A stretch of 64,000 nucleotides of DNA from Auanema rhodensis (taxonomy: Eukaryota > Animalia > Nematoda): the NCBI GenBank assembly GCA_964057225.1, contig OZ059896.1:11966001-12030000 (forward strand), in the 5' to 3' direction. The position numbers were made by a program, and so were the translations under genes. Of this stretch, positions 48,405-61,800 are shown piece by piece. Position 1 is the stretch's first letter. Each line of letters opens with the position of its first letter. The notes below the pieces were generated by a model that did not search any database, was not told the origin of the DNA, and saw only the letters and a program-made list of their open reading frames with translations.

Positions 48405-49324
48405 CTGGCCTAATTCCTGATATATCTAATGATACCATGTCTCTATTCTTAAACTCCTGGGCTGCAGGAACTCGTAAGCAATATAATACAGCTCTTAAAA
48501 AGTGGGAAATTTATTGTGCTTCTCACAAAATTTCTATTACTCCCTCTCCTTCAACCGCTGCAGATTTTTTGTCATCTATGTTTAACGACAAAGCCGTTTC
48601 AACAGTTTTGGGCTATAAATCCGCACTTTGTGCTTTAGCTGACTTTCTGAAAATTAGTCCCCCTCTTCGGGATAACCCTTTACTTAGTAGAATATCTAGG
48701 GGAGCGTTCAGATTAAAACCTCCACAACCTAAATATATAGATTCTTGGGAACCTTCCATTGTTCTTTCATATTTAGAAAGTCTGGGGCCCAACAACGAAT
48801 TATCGTTGGAACTACTAACCAAAAAATTAGCAATGCTATTAGCTTTATGCTCCCCAAAACGAGTGTCAGAAATAGCGCAGTTCTCTATAGACCATGTTCA
48901 ATTCAATGATAACGGTGTTACGTTTTTCATAAATTATAGAAATAAAAATAGAAAAGCGGGAATACCTCATAAAGCTACCTATGAGATTTCTTTAGACAGA
49001 CCGTTACTCTGTCCGGTAGCATGTATCAAAGCATATTTAGACAAAACTGAGTCTAAACGGCTTTCAAATAATTTACTGATATCCATCTCACAAGGAACGA
49101 GTATTACAAGTACAACAGTAGCTCGGTGGATAAGGGATATTTTATCGTTGGCAAAAATACCGCATAGATTTTCTGCGCACTCTACCCGTCACGCTTCTAC
49201 TTCGTCAGCTTTTAAAAAAGGGGTTCCATTGAAAACTATAATGAGTGCCGCAAATTGGAAATCCGACACTTCATTTTTCAAACACTACTGCAGAACCAGA
49301 TCCTTTCAAGCTGCAATTTTTTGA
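48113..49324 (+). CDS. DIRS tyrosine recombinase (likely start ~48392)
   Basis: Catalytic set KRVSE (R), HSTR (HxxR) and W.S...F.KHY (Y), plus LCPV. It overlaps the end of the RT ORF in another frame. Confidence 0.95.
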   Translation: MLYQLLCRKLGRSITRIRLHFPSIFNGGESNSKDCSRSMQSNLNSSELDKSILVPYIKENSQGSTGITTPLPLTEPSGRSSPTVEEPQLPALSMENLTGLIPDISNDTMSLFLNSWAAGTRKQYNTALKKWEIYCASHKISITPSPSTAADFLSSMFNDKAVSTVLGYKSALCALADFLKISPPLRDNPLLSRISRGAFRLKPPQPKYIDSWEPSIVLSYLESLGPNNELSLELLTKKLAMLLALCSPKRVSEIAQFSIDHVQFNDNGVTFFINYRNKNRKAGIPHKATYEISLDRPLLCPVACIKAYLDKTESKRLSNNLLISISQGTSITSTTVARWIRDILSLAKIPHRFSAHSTRHASTSSAFKKGVPLKTIMSAANWKSDTSFFKHYCRTRSFQAAIF

Positions 49325-49327
49325 AAG

Positions 49328-49403
49328 ATAGCTTAAGACATGGGATATAATTTCTTAAATTTTCCTATTTTATGAAGTAAAATTTTAATTATATCCCATG
49401 TCT
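49328..49403. other. DIRS internal complementary region (ICR)
   Basis: ATAGCTTAAGACATGGGATATAAT is complementary to the element's left end. The following TTCTTAAATTTTCC...CCCATGTCT is complementary to the right end. The two halves overlap at AAT. Confidence 0.95.
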
Positions 49404-49621
49404 GACTTCCCTCCACCATCCCCTGTGTGTGTTCACCATCCCTCTTTTATATTCAGCTTGAAAAAAATGTTTATGTTATTGCAGTAGATGGTCGTCTTCG
49501 AACTCAATACCTGTAAAACCTTTTAATAGAAACAACAGTAAAATGAAGAAGTGATTTTATTGTTTCTTTTGTTTTGATGTATTATACCTTGTTACATTGT
49601 GAAGTTTATATTTTTTTGACT

Positions 49622-49836
49622 CTGATGTTTATGTGTTAGTTAGGGGGCGTGTCATTACTGGTTAGCACCACGGGTAATGATACGCTCATTTTACAATGTG
49701 TTACGAAATACTGTTGATTTCTGTTAATTTTTGTTTTATTGATTACCGAGAAGATATGTTATTTGGAAAATAAATAGCTTAAGACATGGGATATAATTAA
49801 AATTTTACTTCATAAAATAGGAAAATTTAAGAAATT
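49622..49836 (-). repeat. DIRS right ITR (49622-49797) plus right extension (49798-49836)
   Basis: Inverted copy of the left ITR, followed by a unique extension that is complementary to the ICR. Confidence 0.95.
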
Positions 49837-52800
49837 TTCTAAACCATTTCACTCCATCTCTTTCATTTAATTCCATATTTTAAACAATTTTATATTTCTA
49901 CCGCTATTTCATAATTTCATTTTTTAAATTTTTAATCATTAAAATACATTTAAATTTCAATATTGTGATGCTCAAAAACTGAAACAGTTGAATATTTTGT
50001 ATTTTCTAAACCATTTTACTCCATCTATTTTCTTTAATCCCATATTTTAAACAATTTTATATTTCTACCGCTATTTCATAATTTCATTTTTTAAATTTTT
50101 AATCATCGAAAAACATTTAAATTTCACTATTGTGATGCTCAAAAACTGAAACATTTAAATATTTTGTATTTTCTAAACCATTTCACTCCATCTCTTTCAT
50201 TTAGTTCCATACTTTAAACAAATTTATATTTCTACCACAAATTCATAACTTCACTTTTTAAATTTTTGATCATTAAAAAATATTTAAATTTCAATATTGT
50301 GATGCTCAAAAACTGAAAAATTTAAATATTTTGTATTTTCTAAACCATTTCACTCCATCTCTTTCATTTAATTCCATATTTTAAACAATTTTATATTTCT
50401 ACCACGAATTCATAACTTCATTTTTTAAATTTTTGATCATTAAAAAACATTTAAATTTCAATATTGTGATGCTCAAAAACTGAAAAATTTAAATATTTTG
50501 TATTTTCTAAACCATTTCACTCCATCTCTTTCATTTAATTCCATATTTTAAACAATTTTATATTTCTACCACGAATTCATAAATTCATTTTTTAAATTTT
50601 TAATCATTAAAAAACATTTAAATTTCAATATTGTGGTGCTCAAAAACTGAAACAGTTGAATATTTTGTATTTTCTAAACCATTTTACTCCATCTATTTTA
50701 TTTAATCCCATATTTTAAACAATTTTATATTTCTACCGCTATTTCATAATTTCATTTTTTAAATTTTTAATCATTAAAAAACATTTAAATTTCAATATTG
50801 TGATGCTCAAAAACTGAAACATTTAAATATTTTGTATTTTCTAAACCATTTCACTCCATCTCTTTCATTTAATTCCATATTTTAAACCATTTTATATTTC
50901 TACCACGAATTCATAACTTCATTTTTAAATTTTTAATCATTAAAATACATTTAAATTTCAATATTGTGGTGCTCAAAAACTGAAACAGTTGAATATTTTG
51001 TAATTTCTAAACCATTTTACTGCATCTCTTTCATTTAATTCCATATTTTAAACAATTTTATATTTCTACCACGAATTCATAACTTCATTTTTTAAATTTT
51101 TAATCATTAAAAAACATTTAAATTTCAATATTGTGGTGCTCAAAAACTGAAACAGTTGAATATTTTGTAATTTCTAAACCATTTTACTCCATCGCTTTTA
51201 TTTAATCCCATATTTTAAACAATTTTATATTTCTACCGCTATTTCATAATTTCATTTTTTAAATTTTTAATCATTAAAAAACATTTAAATTTCAATATTG
51301 TGATGCTCAAAAACTGAAACATTTAAATATTTTGTATTTTCTTAACCATTTCACTCCATCTCTTTCATTTAATTCCATATTTTAAACAATTTTATATTTC
51401 TACCACGAATTCATAACTTCATTTTTTAAATTTTTGATCATTAAAAAACATCTAAATTTCAATATTGTGATGCTCAAAAACTGAAACAGTTGAATATTTT
51501 GTAATTTCTAAACCATTTTACTCCATCGCTTTTATTTAATCCCATATTTTAAACAATTTTATATTTCTACCGCTATTTCATAATTTCATTTTTTAAATTT
51601 TTAATCATTAAAAAACATTTAAATTTCAATATTGTGATGCTCAAAAACTGAAACATTTAAATATTTTGTATTTTCTTAACCATTTCACTCCATCTCTTTC
51701 ATTTAATTCCATATTTTAAACAATTTTATATTTCTACCACGAATTCATAACTTCATTTTTTAAATTTTTGATCATTAAAAAACATCTAAATTTCAATATT
51801 GTGATGCTCAAAAACTGAAACAGTTGAATATTTTGTAATTTCTAAACCATTTTACTCCATCGCTTTTATTTAATCCCATATTTTAAACAATTTTATATTT
51901 CTACCGCTATTTCATAATTTCATTTTTTAAATTTTTAATCATTAAAAAACATTTAAATTTCAATATTGTGATGCTCAAAAACTGAAACAGTTGAATATTT
52001 TGTATTTTCTAAACCATTTTACTCCATCTCTTTCATTTAATTCCATATTTTAAACAATTTTATATTTCTACCACGAATTCATAACTTCATTTTTTAAATT
52101 TTTAATCATTAAAAAACATTTAAATTTCAATATTGTGATGCTCAAAAACTGAAACAGTTGAATATTTTGTATTTTCTAAACCATTTTACTCTATCTATTT
52201 TCTTTAATCCCATATTTTAAACAATTTTATATTTCTACCGCTATTTCATAATTTCATTTTTCAAATTTTTAATCATCGAAAAACATTTAAATTTCAATAT
52301 TGTGATGCTCAAAAACTGAAACATTTAAATATTTTGTATTTTCTAAACCATTTCACTCCATCTCTTTCATTTGATTCCATATTTTAAACAATTTTATATT
52401 TCTACCACGAATTCATAACTTCACTTTTTAAATTTTTGATCATTAAAAAATATTTAAATTTCAATATTGTGATGCTCAAAAACTGAAACATTTAAATATT
52501 TTGTATTTTCTAAACCATTTCACTCCATCTCTTTCATTTAATTCCATATTTTAAACAATTTTATATTTCTACCACGAATTCATAACTTCATTTTTTAAAT
52601 TTTTAATCATTAAAAAACATTTAAATTTCAATATTGTGGTGCTCAAAAACTGAAACAGTTGAATATTTTGTAATTTCTAAACCATTTTACTCCATCGCTT
52701 TTATTTAATTCCATATTTTGAACAATTTTATATTTCTACCGCTATTTCAAAATTTCATTTTTTAAATTTTTAATCATTAAAAAACATTTAAATTTCAATA

Positions 52801-55800
52801 TTGTGATGCTCAAAAACTGAAACATTTAAATATTTTGTATTTTCTTAACCATTTCACTCCATCTCTTTCATTTAATTCCATATTTTAAACAATTTTATAT
52901 TTCTACCACGAATTCATAACTTCATTTTTTAAATTTTTGATCATTAAAAAACATCTAAATTTCAATATTGTGATGCTCAAAAACTGAAACAGTTGAATAT
53001 TTTGTAATTTCTAAACCATTTTACTCCATCGCTTTTATTTAATCCCATATTTTAAACAATTTTATATTTCTACCGCTATTTCATAATTTAATTTTTTAAT
53101 TTTTAATCATTAAAAAACATTTAAATTTCAATATTGTGATGCTCAAAAACTGAAACAGTTGAATATTTTGTATTTTCTAAACCATTTTACTCCATCTCTT
53201 TCATTTAGTTCCATACTTTAAACAAATTTATATTTCTACCACGAATTCATAACTTCACTTTTTAAATTTTTGATCATTAAAAAATATTTAAATTTCAATA
53301 TTGTGATGCTCAAAAACTGAAACATTTAAATATTTTGTATTTTCTAAACCATTTCACTCCATCTCTTTCATTTAATTCCATATTTTAAACAATTTTATAT
53401 TTCTACCGCTATTTCATAATTTCATTTTTTAAATTTTTAATCATTAAAATACATTTAAATTTCAATATTGTGATGCTCAAAAACTGAAACAGTTGAATAT
53501 TTTGTATTTTCTAAACCATTTTACTCCATCTATTTTCTTTAATCCCATATTTTAAACAATTTTATATTTCTACCGCTATTTCATAATTTCATTTTTTAAA
53601 TTTTTAATCATCGAAAAACATTTAAATTTCACTATTGTGATGCTCAAAAACTGAAACATTTAAATATTTTGTATTTTCTAAACCATTTCACTCCATCTCT
53701 TTCATTTAGTTCCATACTTTAAACAAATTTATATTTCTACCACGAATTCATAACTTCACTTTTTAAATTTTTGATCATTAAAAAACATTTAAATTTCAAT
53801 ATTGTGATGCTCAAAAACTGAAACATTTAAATATTTTGTATTTTCTAAACCATTTCACTCCATCTCTTTCATTTAATTCCATATTTTAAACAATTTTATA
53901 TTTCTACCGCTATTTCATAATTTCATTTTTTAAATTTTTAATCATTAAAAAACATTTAAATTTCAATATTGTGATGCTCAAAAACTGAAACATTTAAATA
54001 TTTTGTGTTTTCTAAACCATTTCACTCCATCTCTTTCATTTAATTCCATATTTTAAACAATTTTATATCTCTACCACGAATTCATAACTTCATTTTTTAA
54101 ATTTTTAATCATCGAAAAACATTTAAATTTCAATATTGTGCTGCTCAAAAACTGAAACATTTAAATATTTTGTATTTTCTAAACCATTTCACTCCATCTC
54201 TTTCATTTAATTCCATATTTTAAACAATTTTATATCTCTACCACGAATTCATAACTTCATTTTTTAAATTTTTAATCATTAAAAAACATTTAAATTTCAA
54301 TATTGTGATGCTCAAAAACTGAAACATTTAAATATTTTGTATTTTCTAAACCATTTCACTCCATCTCTTTCATTTAATTCCATATTTTAAACAATTTTAT
54401 ATTTCTACCGCTATTTCATAATTTCATTTTTTAAATTTTTAATCATTAAAAAACATTTAAATTTCAATATTGTGATGCTCAAAAACTGAAACATTTAAAT
54501 ATTTTGTATTTTCTAAACCATTTCACTCCATCTCTTTCATTTAATTCCATATTTCAAACAATTTTATATTTCTACCACGAATTCATAACTTCATTTTTTA
54601 AATTTTTAATCATTAAAAAACATTTAAATTTCAATATTGTGATGCTCAAAAACTGAAACAGTTGAATATTTTGTATTTTCTAAACCATTTTACTCCATCT
54701 ATTTCATTTAATCCCACATTTTAAACAATTTTATATTTCTACCGCTATTTCATAATTTCATTTTTTAAATTTTTAATCATTAAAAAACATTCAAATTTCA
54801 ATATTGTGATGCTCAAAAACTGAAACAGTTGAATATTTTGTAATTTCTTAACCATTTTACTCTATCGCTTTTTTTTAATCCCATATTTTAAACAATTTTA
54901 TATTTCTACCGCTATTTCATAATTTCATTTTTTAAATTTTTAATCATTAAAAAACATTTAAATTTCAATATTGTGATGCTCAAAAACTGAAACAGTTGAA
55001 TATTTTGTATTTTCTAAACCATTTTACTCCATCTATTTTCTTTAATCCCATATTTTAAACAATTTTATATTTCTACCGCTATTTCATAATTTCATTTTTT
55101 AAATTTTTAATCATCGAAAAACATTTAAATTTCAATATTGTGATGCTCAAAAACTGAAACATTTAAATATTTTGTATTTTCTAAACCATTTCACTCCATC
55201 TCTTTCATTTAATTCCATATTTTAAACAATTTTATATCTCTACCACGAATTCATAACTTCATTTTTTAAATTTTTGATCATTAAAAAATATTTCAATTTC
55301 AATATTGTGATGCTCAAAAACTGAAACATTTAAATATTTTGTATTTTCTAAACCATTTCACTCCATCTCTTTCATTTAATCCCACATTTTAAACAATTTT
55401 ATATTTCTACCGCTATTTCATAATTTCATTTTTTAAATTTTTAATCATTAAAAAACATTCAAATTTCAATATTGTGATGCTCAAAAACTGAAACAGTTGG
55501 ATATTTTGTAATTTCTTAACCATTTTACTCTATCGCTTTTATTTAATCCCATATTTTAAACAATTTTATATTTCTACCGCTATTTCATAATTTCATTTTT
55601 TAAATTTTTAATCATTAAAAAACATTTAAATTTCAATATTGTGATGCTCAAAAACTGAAACAGTTGATTATTTTGTATTTTCTAAACCATTTCACTCCAT
55701 CTCTTTCATTTAATTCCATATTTTAAACAATTTTATATTTCTACCACGAATTCATAACTTCATTTTTTAAATTTTTGATCATTAAAAAACATTTAAATTT

Positions 55801-58800
55801 CAATATTGTGATGCTCAAAAAATGAAACATTTAAATATTTTGTATTTTCTAAACCATTTCACTCCATCTCTTTCATTTAATTCCATATTTTAAACAATTT
55901 TATATTTCTACCACGAATTCATAACTTCATTTTTTAAATTTTTGATCATTAAAAAACATTTAAATTTCAATATTGTGATGCTCAAAAACTGAAACAGTTG
56001 ATTATTTTGTAATTTCTAAACCATTTTACTCCATCGCTTTTATTTAATCCCATATTTTAAACAATTTTATATTTCTACCGCTATTTCATAATTTAATTTT
56101 TAAAATTTTAATCATTAAAAAACATTTAAATTTCAATATTGTGATGCTCAAAAACTGAAACATTTAAATATTTTGTATTTTCTAAACCATTTCACTCCAT
56201 CTCTTTCATTTAATTCCATATTTTAAACAATTTTATATTTCTACCACGAATTCATAACTTCATTTTTTAAATTTTTAATCATTAAAAAACATTTAAATTT
56301 CAATATTGTGATGCTGAAAAACTGAAACAGTTGAATATTTTGTATTTTCTAAACCATTTTACTCCATATATTTTCTTTAATCCCATATTTTAAACAATTT
56401 TATATTTCTACCGCTATTTCATAATTTCATTTTTTAAATTTTTAATCATCGAAAAACATTTAAATTTCAATATTGTGATGCTCAAAAACTGAAACATTTA
56501 AATATTTTGTATTTTCTAAACCATTTTACTCCATCTCTTTCATTTAATTCCATATTTTAAACAATTTTATATTTCTACCGCTATTTCATAATTTCATTTT
56601 TCAAATTTTTATTCATCGAAAAACATTTAAATTTCAATATTGTGATGCTCAAAAACTGAAACATTTAAATATTTTGTATTTTCTAAACCATTTCACTCCA
56701 TCTCTTTCATTTGATTCCATATTTTAAACAATTTTATATTTCTACCACGAATTCATAACTTCATTTTTTAAATTTTTGATCATTAAAAAACATTTAAATT
56801 TCAATATTGTGATGCTCAAAAACTGAAACATTTAAATATTTTGTATTTTCTAAACCATTTTACTCTATCGCTTTTATTTAATCCCATATTTTAAACAATT
56901 TTATATTTCTACCGCTATTTCATAATTTCATTTTTTAAATTTTTAATCATTAAAAAACATTTAAATTTCAATATTGTGATGCTCAAAAACTGAAACAGTT
57001 GATTATTTTGTATTTTCTAAACCATTTCACTCCATCTCTTTCATTTAATTCCATATTTTAAACAATTTTATATTTCTACCACGAATTCATAACTTCATTT
57101 TTTAAATTTTTGATCATTAAAAAACATTTAAATTTCAATATTGTGATGCTCAAAAAATGAAACATTTAAATATTTTGTATTTTCTAAACCATTTCACTCC
57201 ATCTCTTTCATTTAATTCCATATTTTAAACAATTTTATATTTCTACCACGAATTCATAACTTCATTTTTTAAATTTTTGATCATTAAAAAACATTTAAAT
57301 TTCAATATTGTGATGCTCAAAAACTGAAACAGTTGATTATTTTGTAATTTCTAAACCATTTTACTCCATCGCTTTTATTTAATCCCATATTTTAAACAAT
57401 TTTATATTTCTACCGCTATTTCATAATTTAATTTTTAAAATTTTAATCATTAAAAAACATTTAAATTTCAATATTGTGATGCTCAAAAACTGAAACATTT
57501 AAATATTTTGTATTTTCTAAACCATTTCACTCCATCTCTTTCATTTAATTCCATATTTTAAACAATTTTATATTTCTACCACGAATTCATAACTTCATTT
57601 TTTAAATTTTTAATCATTAAAAAACATTTAAATTTCAATATTGTGATGCTGAAAAACTGAAACAGTTGAATATTTTGTATTTTCTAAACCATTTTACTCC
57701 ATATATTTTCTTTAATCCCATATTTTAAACAATTTTATATTTCTACCGCTATTTCATAATTTCATTTTTTAAATTTTTAATCATCGAAAAACATTTAAAT
57801 TTCAATATTGTGATGCTCAAAAACTGAAACATTTAAATATTTTGTATTTTCTAAACCATTTTACTCCATCTCTTTCATTTAATTCCATATTTTAAACAAT
57901 TTTATATTTCTACCGCTATTTCATAATTTCATTTTTCAAATTTTTATTCATCGAAAAACATTTAAATTTCAATATTGTGATGCTCAAAAACTGAAACATT
58001 TAAATATTTTGTATTTTCTAAACCATTTCACTCCATCTCTTTCATTTGATTCCATATTTTAAACAATTTTATATTTCTACCACGAATTCATAACTTCATT
58101 TTTTAAATTTTTGATCATTAAAAAACATTTAAATTTCAATATTGTGATGCTCAAAAACTGAAACATTTAAATATTTTGTATTTTCTAAACCATTTCACTC
58201 CATCTCTTTCATTTAATTCCATATTTTAAACAATTTTATATTTCTACCACGAATTCATAACTTCATTTTTTAAATTTTTGATCATTAAAAAACATTTAAA
58301 TTTCAATATTGTGATGCTCAAAAACTGAAACAGTTGATTATTTTGTAATTTCTAAACCATTTTACTCCATCGCTTTTATTTAATCCCATATTTTAAACAA
58401 TTTTATATTTCTACCGCTATTTCATAATTTAATTTTTAAAATTTTAATCATTAAAAAACATTTAAATTTCAATATTGTGATGCTCAAAAACTGAAACATT
58501 AAAATATTTTGTATTTTCTAAACCATTTCACTCCATCTCTTTCATTTAATTCCATATTTTAAACAATTTTATATTTCTACCACGAATTCATAACTTCATT
58601 TTTTAAATTTTTAATCATTAAAAAACATTTAAATTTCAATATTGTGGTGCTCAAAAACTGAAACAGTTGAATATTTTGTAATTTCTAAACCATTTTACTC
58701 CATCTATTTTCTTTAATCCCATATTTTAAACAATTTTATATTTCTACCGCTATTTCATAATTTCATTTTTTAAATTTTTAATCATTAAAAAACATTCAAA

Positions 58801-61800
58801 TTTCAATATTGTGATGCTCAAAAACTGAAACATTAAAATATTTTGTATTTTCTAAACCATTTCACTCCATCTCTTTCATTTAATTCCATATTTTAAACAA
58901 TTTTATATTTCTACCACGAATTCATAACTTCATTTTTTAAATTTTTAATCATTAAAAAACATTTAAATTTCAATATTGTGATGCTCAAAAACTGAAACAG
59001 TTGAATATTTTGTATTTTCTAAACCATTTTACTCCATCGCTTTTATTTAATTCCTTATTTTGAACAATTTTATATTTCTACCACGAATTCATAACTTCAT
59101 TTTTTAAATTTTTGATCATTAAAAAATATTTAAATTTCAATATTGTGATGCTCAAAAACTGAAACAGTTGAATATTTTGTATTTTCTAAACCATTTTACT
59201 CCATCTATTTCATTTAATCCCACATTTTAAACAATTTTATATTTCTACCACGAATTCATAACTTCACTTTTTAAATTTTTGATCATTAAAAAATATTTAA
59301 ATTTCAATATTGTGATGCTCAAAAACTGAAACAGTTGAATATTTCGTATTTTCTAAACCATTTCACTCCATCTCTTTCATTCAATTCCATATTTTAAACA
59401 ATTTTATATTTCTACCGCTATTTCATAATTTCATTTTTTAAATTTTTAATCATTAAAAAACATTTAAATTTCAATATTGTGATGCTCAAAAACTGAAACA
59501 TTTAAATATTTTGTATTTTCTAAACCATTTCACTCCATCTCTTTCATTTAATTCCATATTTTAAACAGTTTTATATTTCTACCACGAATTCATAACTTCA
59601 ATTTTTAAATTTTTAATCATTAAAAAACATTTAAATTTCAATATTGTGATGCTCAAAAACTGAAACAGTTGAATATTTTGTATTTTCTAAACCATTTTAC
59701 TCCATCTATTTCATTTAATCCCACATTTTAAACAATTTTATATTTCTACCGCTATTTCATAATTTCATTTTTTAAATTTTTAATCATTAAAAAACATTCA
59801 AATTTCAATATTGTGATGCTCAAAAACTGAAACATTAAAATATTTTGTATTTTCTAAACCATTTCACTCCATCTCTTTCATTTAATTCCATATTTTAAAC
59901 AATTTTATATTTCTACCACGAATTCATAACTTCATTTTTTAAATTTTTAATCATTAAAAAACATTTAAATTTCAATATTGTGATGCTCAAAAACTGAAAC
60001 ATTTAAATATTTTGTATTTTCTAAACCATTTTACTCCATCTCTTTCATTTAATCCCACATTTTAAACAATTTTATATTTCTACCGCTATTTCATAATTTC
60101 ATTTTTTAAATTTTTAATCATTAAAAAACATTCAAATTTCAATATTGTGATGCTCAAAAACTGAAACATTTAAATATTTTGTATTTTCTAAACCATTTTA
60201 CTCCATCTCTTTCATTTAATCCCACATTTTAAACAATTTTATATTTCTACCGCTATTTCATAATTTCATTTTTTAAATTTTTAATCATTAAAAAACATTC
60301 AAATTTCAATATTGTGATGCTCAAAAACTGAAACAGTTGGATATTTTGTAATTTCTTAACCATTTTACTCTATCGCTTTTATTTAATCCCATATTTTAAA
60401 CAATTTTATATTTCTACCGCTATTTCATAATTTCATTTTTTAAATTTTTAATCATTAAAAAACATTTAAATTTCAATATTGTGATGCTCAAAAACTGAAA
60501 CAGTTGATTATTTTGTATTTTCTAAACCATTTCACTCCATCTCTTTCATTTAATTCCATATTTTAAACAATTTTATATTTCTACCACGAATTCATAACTT
60601 CATTTTTTAAATTTTTGATCATTAAAAAACATTTAAATTTCAATATTGTGATGCTCAAAAAATGAAACATTTAAATATTTTGTATTTTCTAAACCATTTC
60701 ACTCCATCTCTTTCATTTAATTCCATATTTTAAACAATTTTATATTTCTACCACGAATTCATAACTTCATTTTTTAAATTTTTGATCATTAAAAAACATT
60801 TAAATTTCAATATTGTGATGCTCAAAAACTGAAACAGTTGATTATTTTGTAATTTCTAAACCATTTTACTCCATCGCTTTTATTTAATCCCATATTTTAA
60901 ACAATTTTATATTTCTACCGCTATTTCATAATTTAATTTTTAAAATTTTAATCATTAAAAAACATTTAAATTTCAATATTGTGATGCTCAAAAACTGAAA
61001 CATTTAAATATTTTGTATTTTCTAAACCATTTCACTCCATCTCTTTCATTTAATTCCATATTTTAAACAATTTTATATTTCTACCACGAATTCATAACTT
61101 CATTTTTTAAATTTTTAATCATTAAAAAACATTTAAATTTCAATATTGTGATGCTGAAAAACTGAAACAGTTGAATATTTTGTATTTTCTAAACCATTTT
61201 ACTCCATATATTTTCTTTAATCCCATATTCTAAACAATTTTATATTTCTACCGCTATTTCATAATTTCATTTTTTAAATTTTTAATCATCGAAAAACATT
61301 TAAATTTCAATATTGTGATGCTCAAAAACTGAAACATTTAAATATTTTGTATTTTCTAAACCATTTTACTCCATCTCTTTCATTTAATTCCATATTTTAA
61401 ACAATTTTATATTTCTACCGCTATTTCATAATTTCATTTTTCAAATTTTTATTCATCGAAAAACATTTAAATTTCAATATTGTGATGCTCAAAAACTGAA
61501 ACATTTAAATATTTTGTATTTTCTAAACCATTTCACTCCATCTCTTTCATTTGATTCCATATTTTAAACAATTTTATATTTCTACCACGAATTCATAACT
61601 TCATTTTTTAAATTTTTGATCATTAAAAAACATTTAAATTTCAATATTGTGATGCTCAAAAACTGAAACATTTAAATATTTTGTATTTTCTAAACCATTT
61701 CACTCCATCTCTTTCATTTAATTCCATATTTTAAACAATTTTATATTTCTACCACGAATTCATAACTTCATTTTTTAAATTTTTGATCATTAAAAAACAT

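Larger units (their letters stand above)
45386..49834 (+). mobile_element. Full-length DIRS1-type tyrosine-recombinase retrotransposon (4449 bp)
   Basis: Inverted terminal repeats, right extension, internal complementary region, and gag, RT/RH/MT and YR ORFs with no internal stops. ATT at both junctions; no conventional TSD. Confidence 0.97.

Noticed and set aside
48113-49324. Phage integrase or bacterial contamination
   Set aside because: The tyrosine recombinase sits within a complete DIRS structure (ITRs, ICR, RT) embedded in host satellite.
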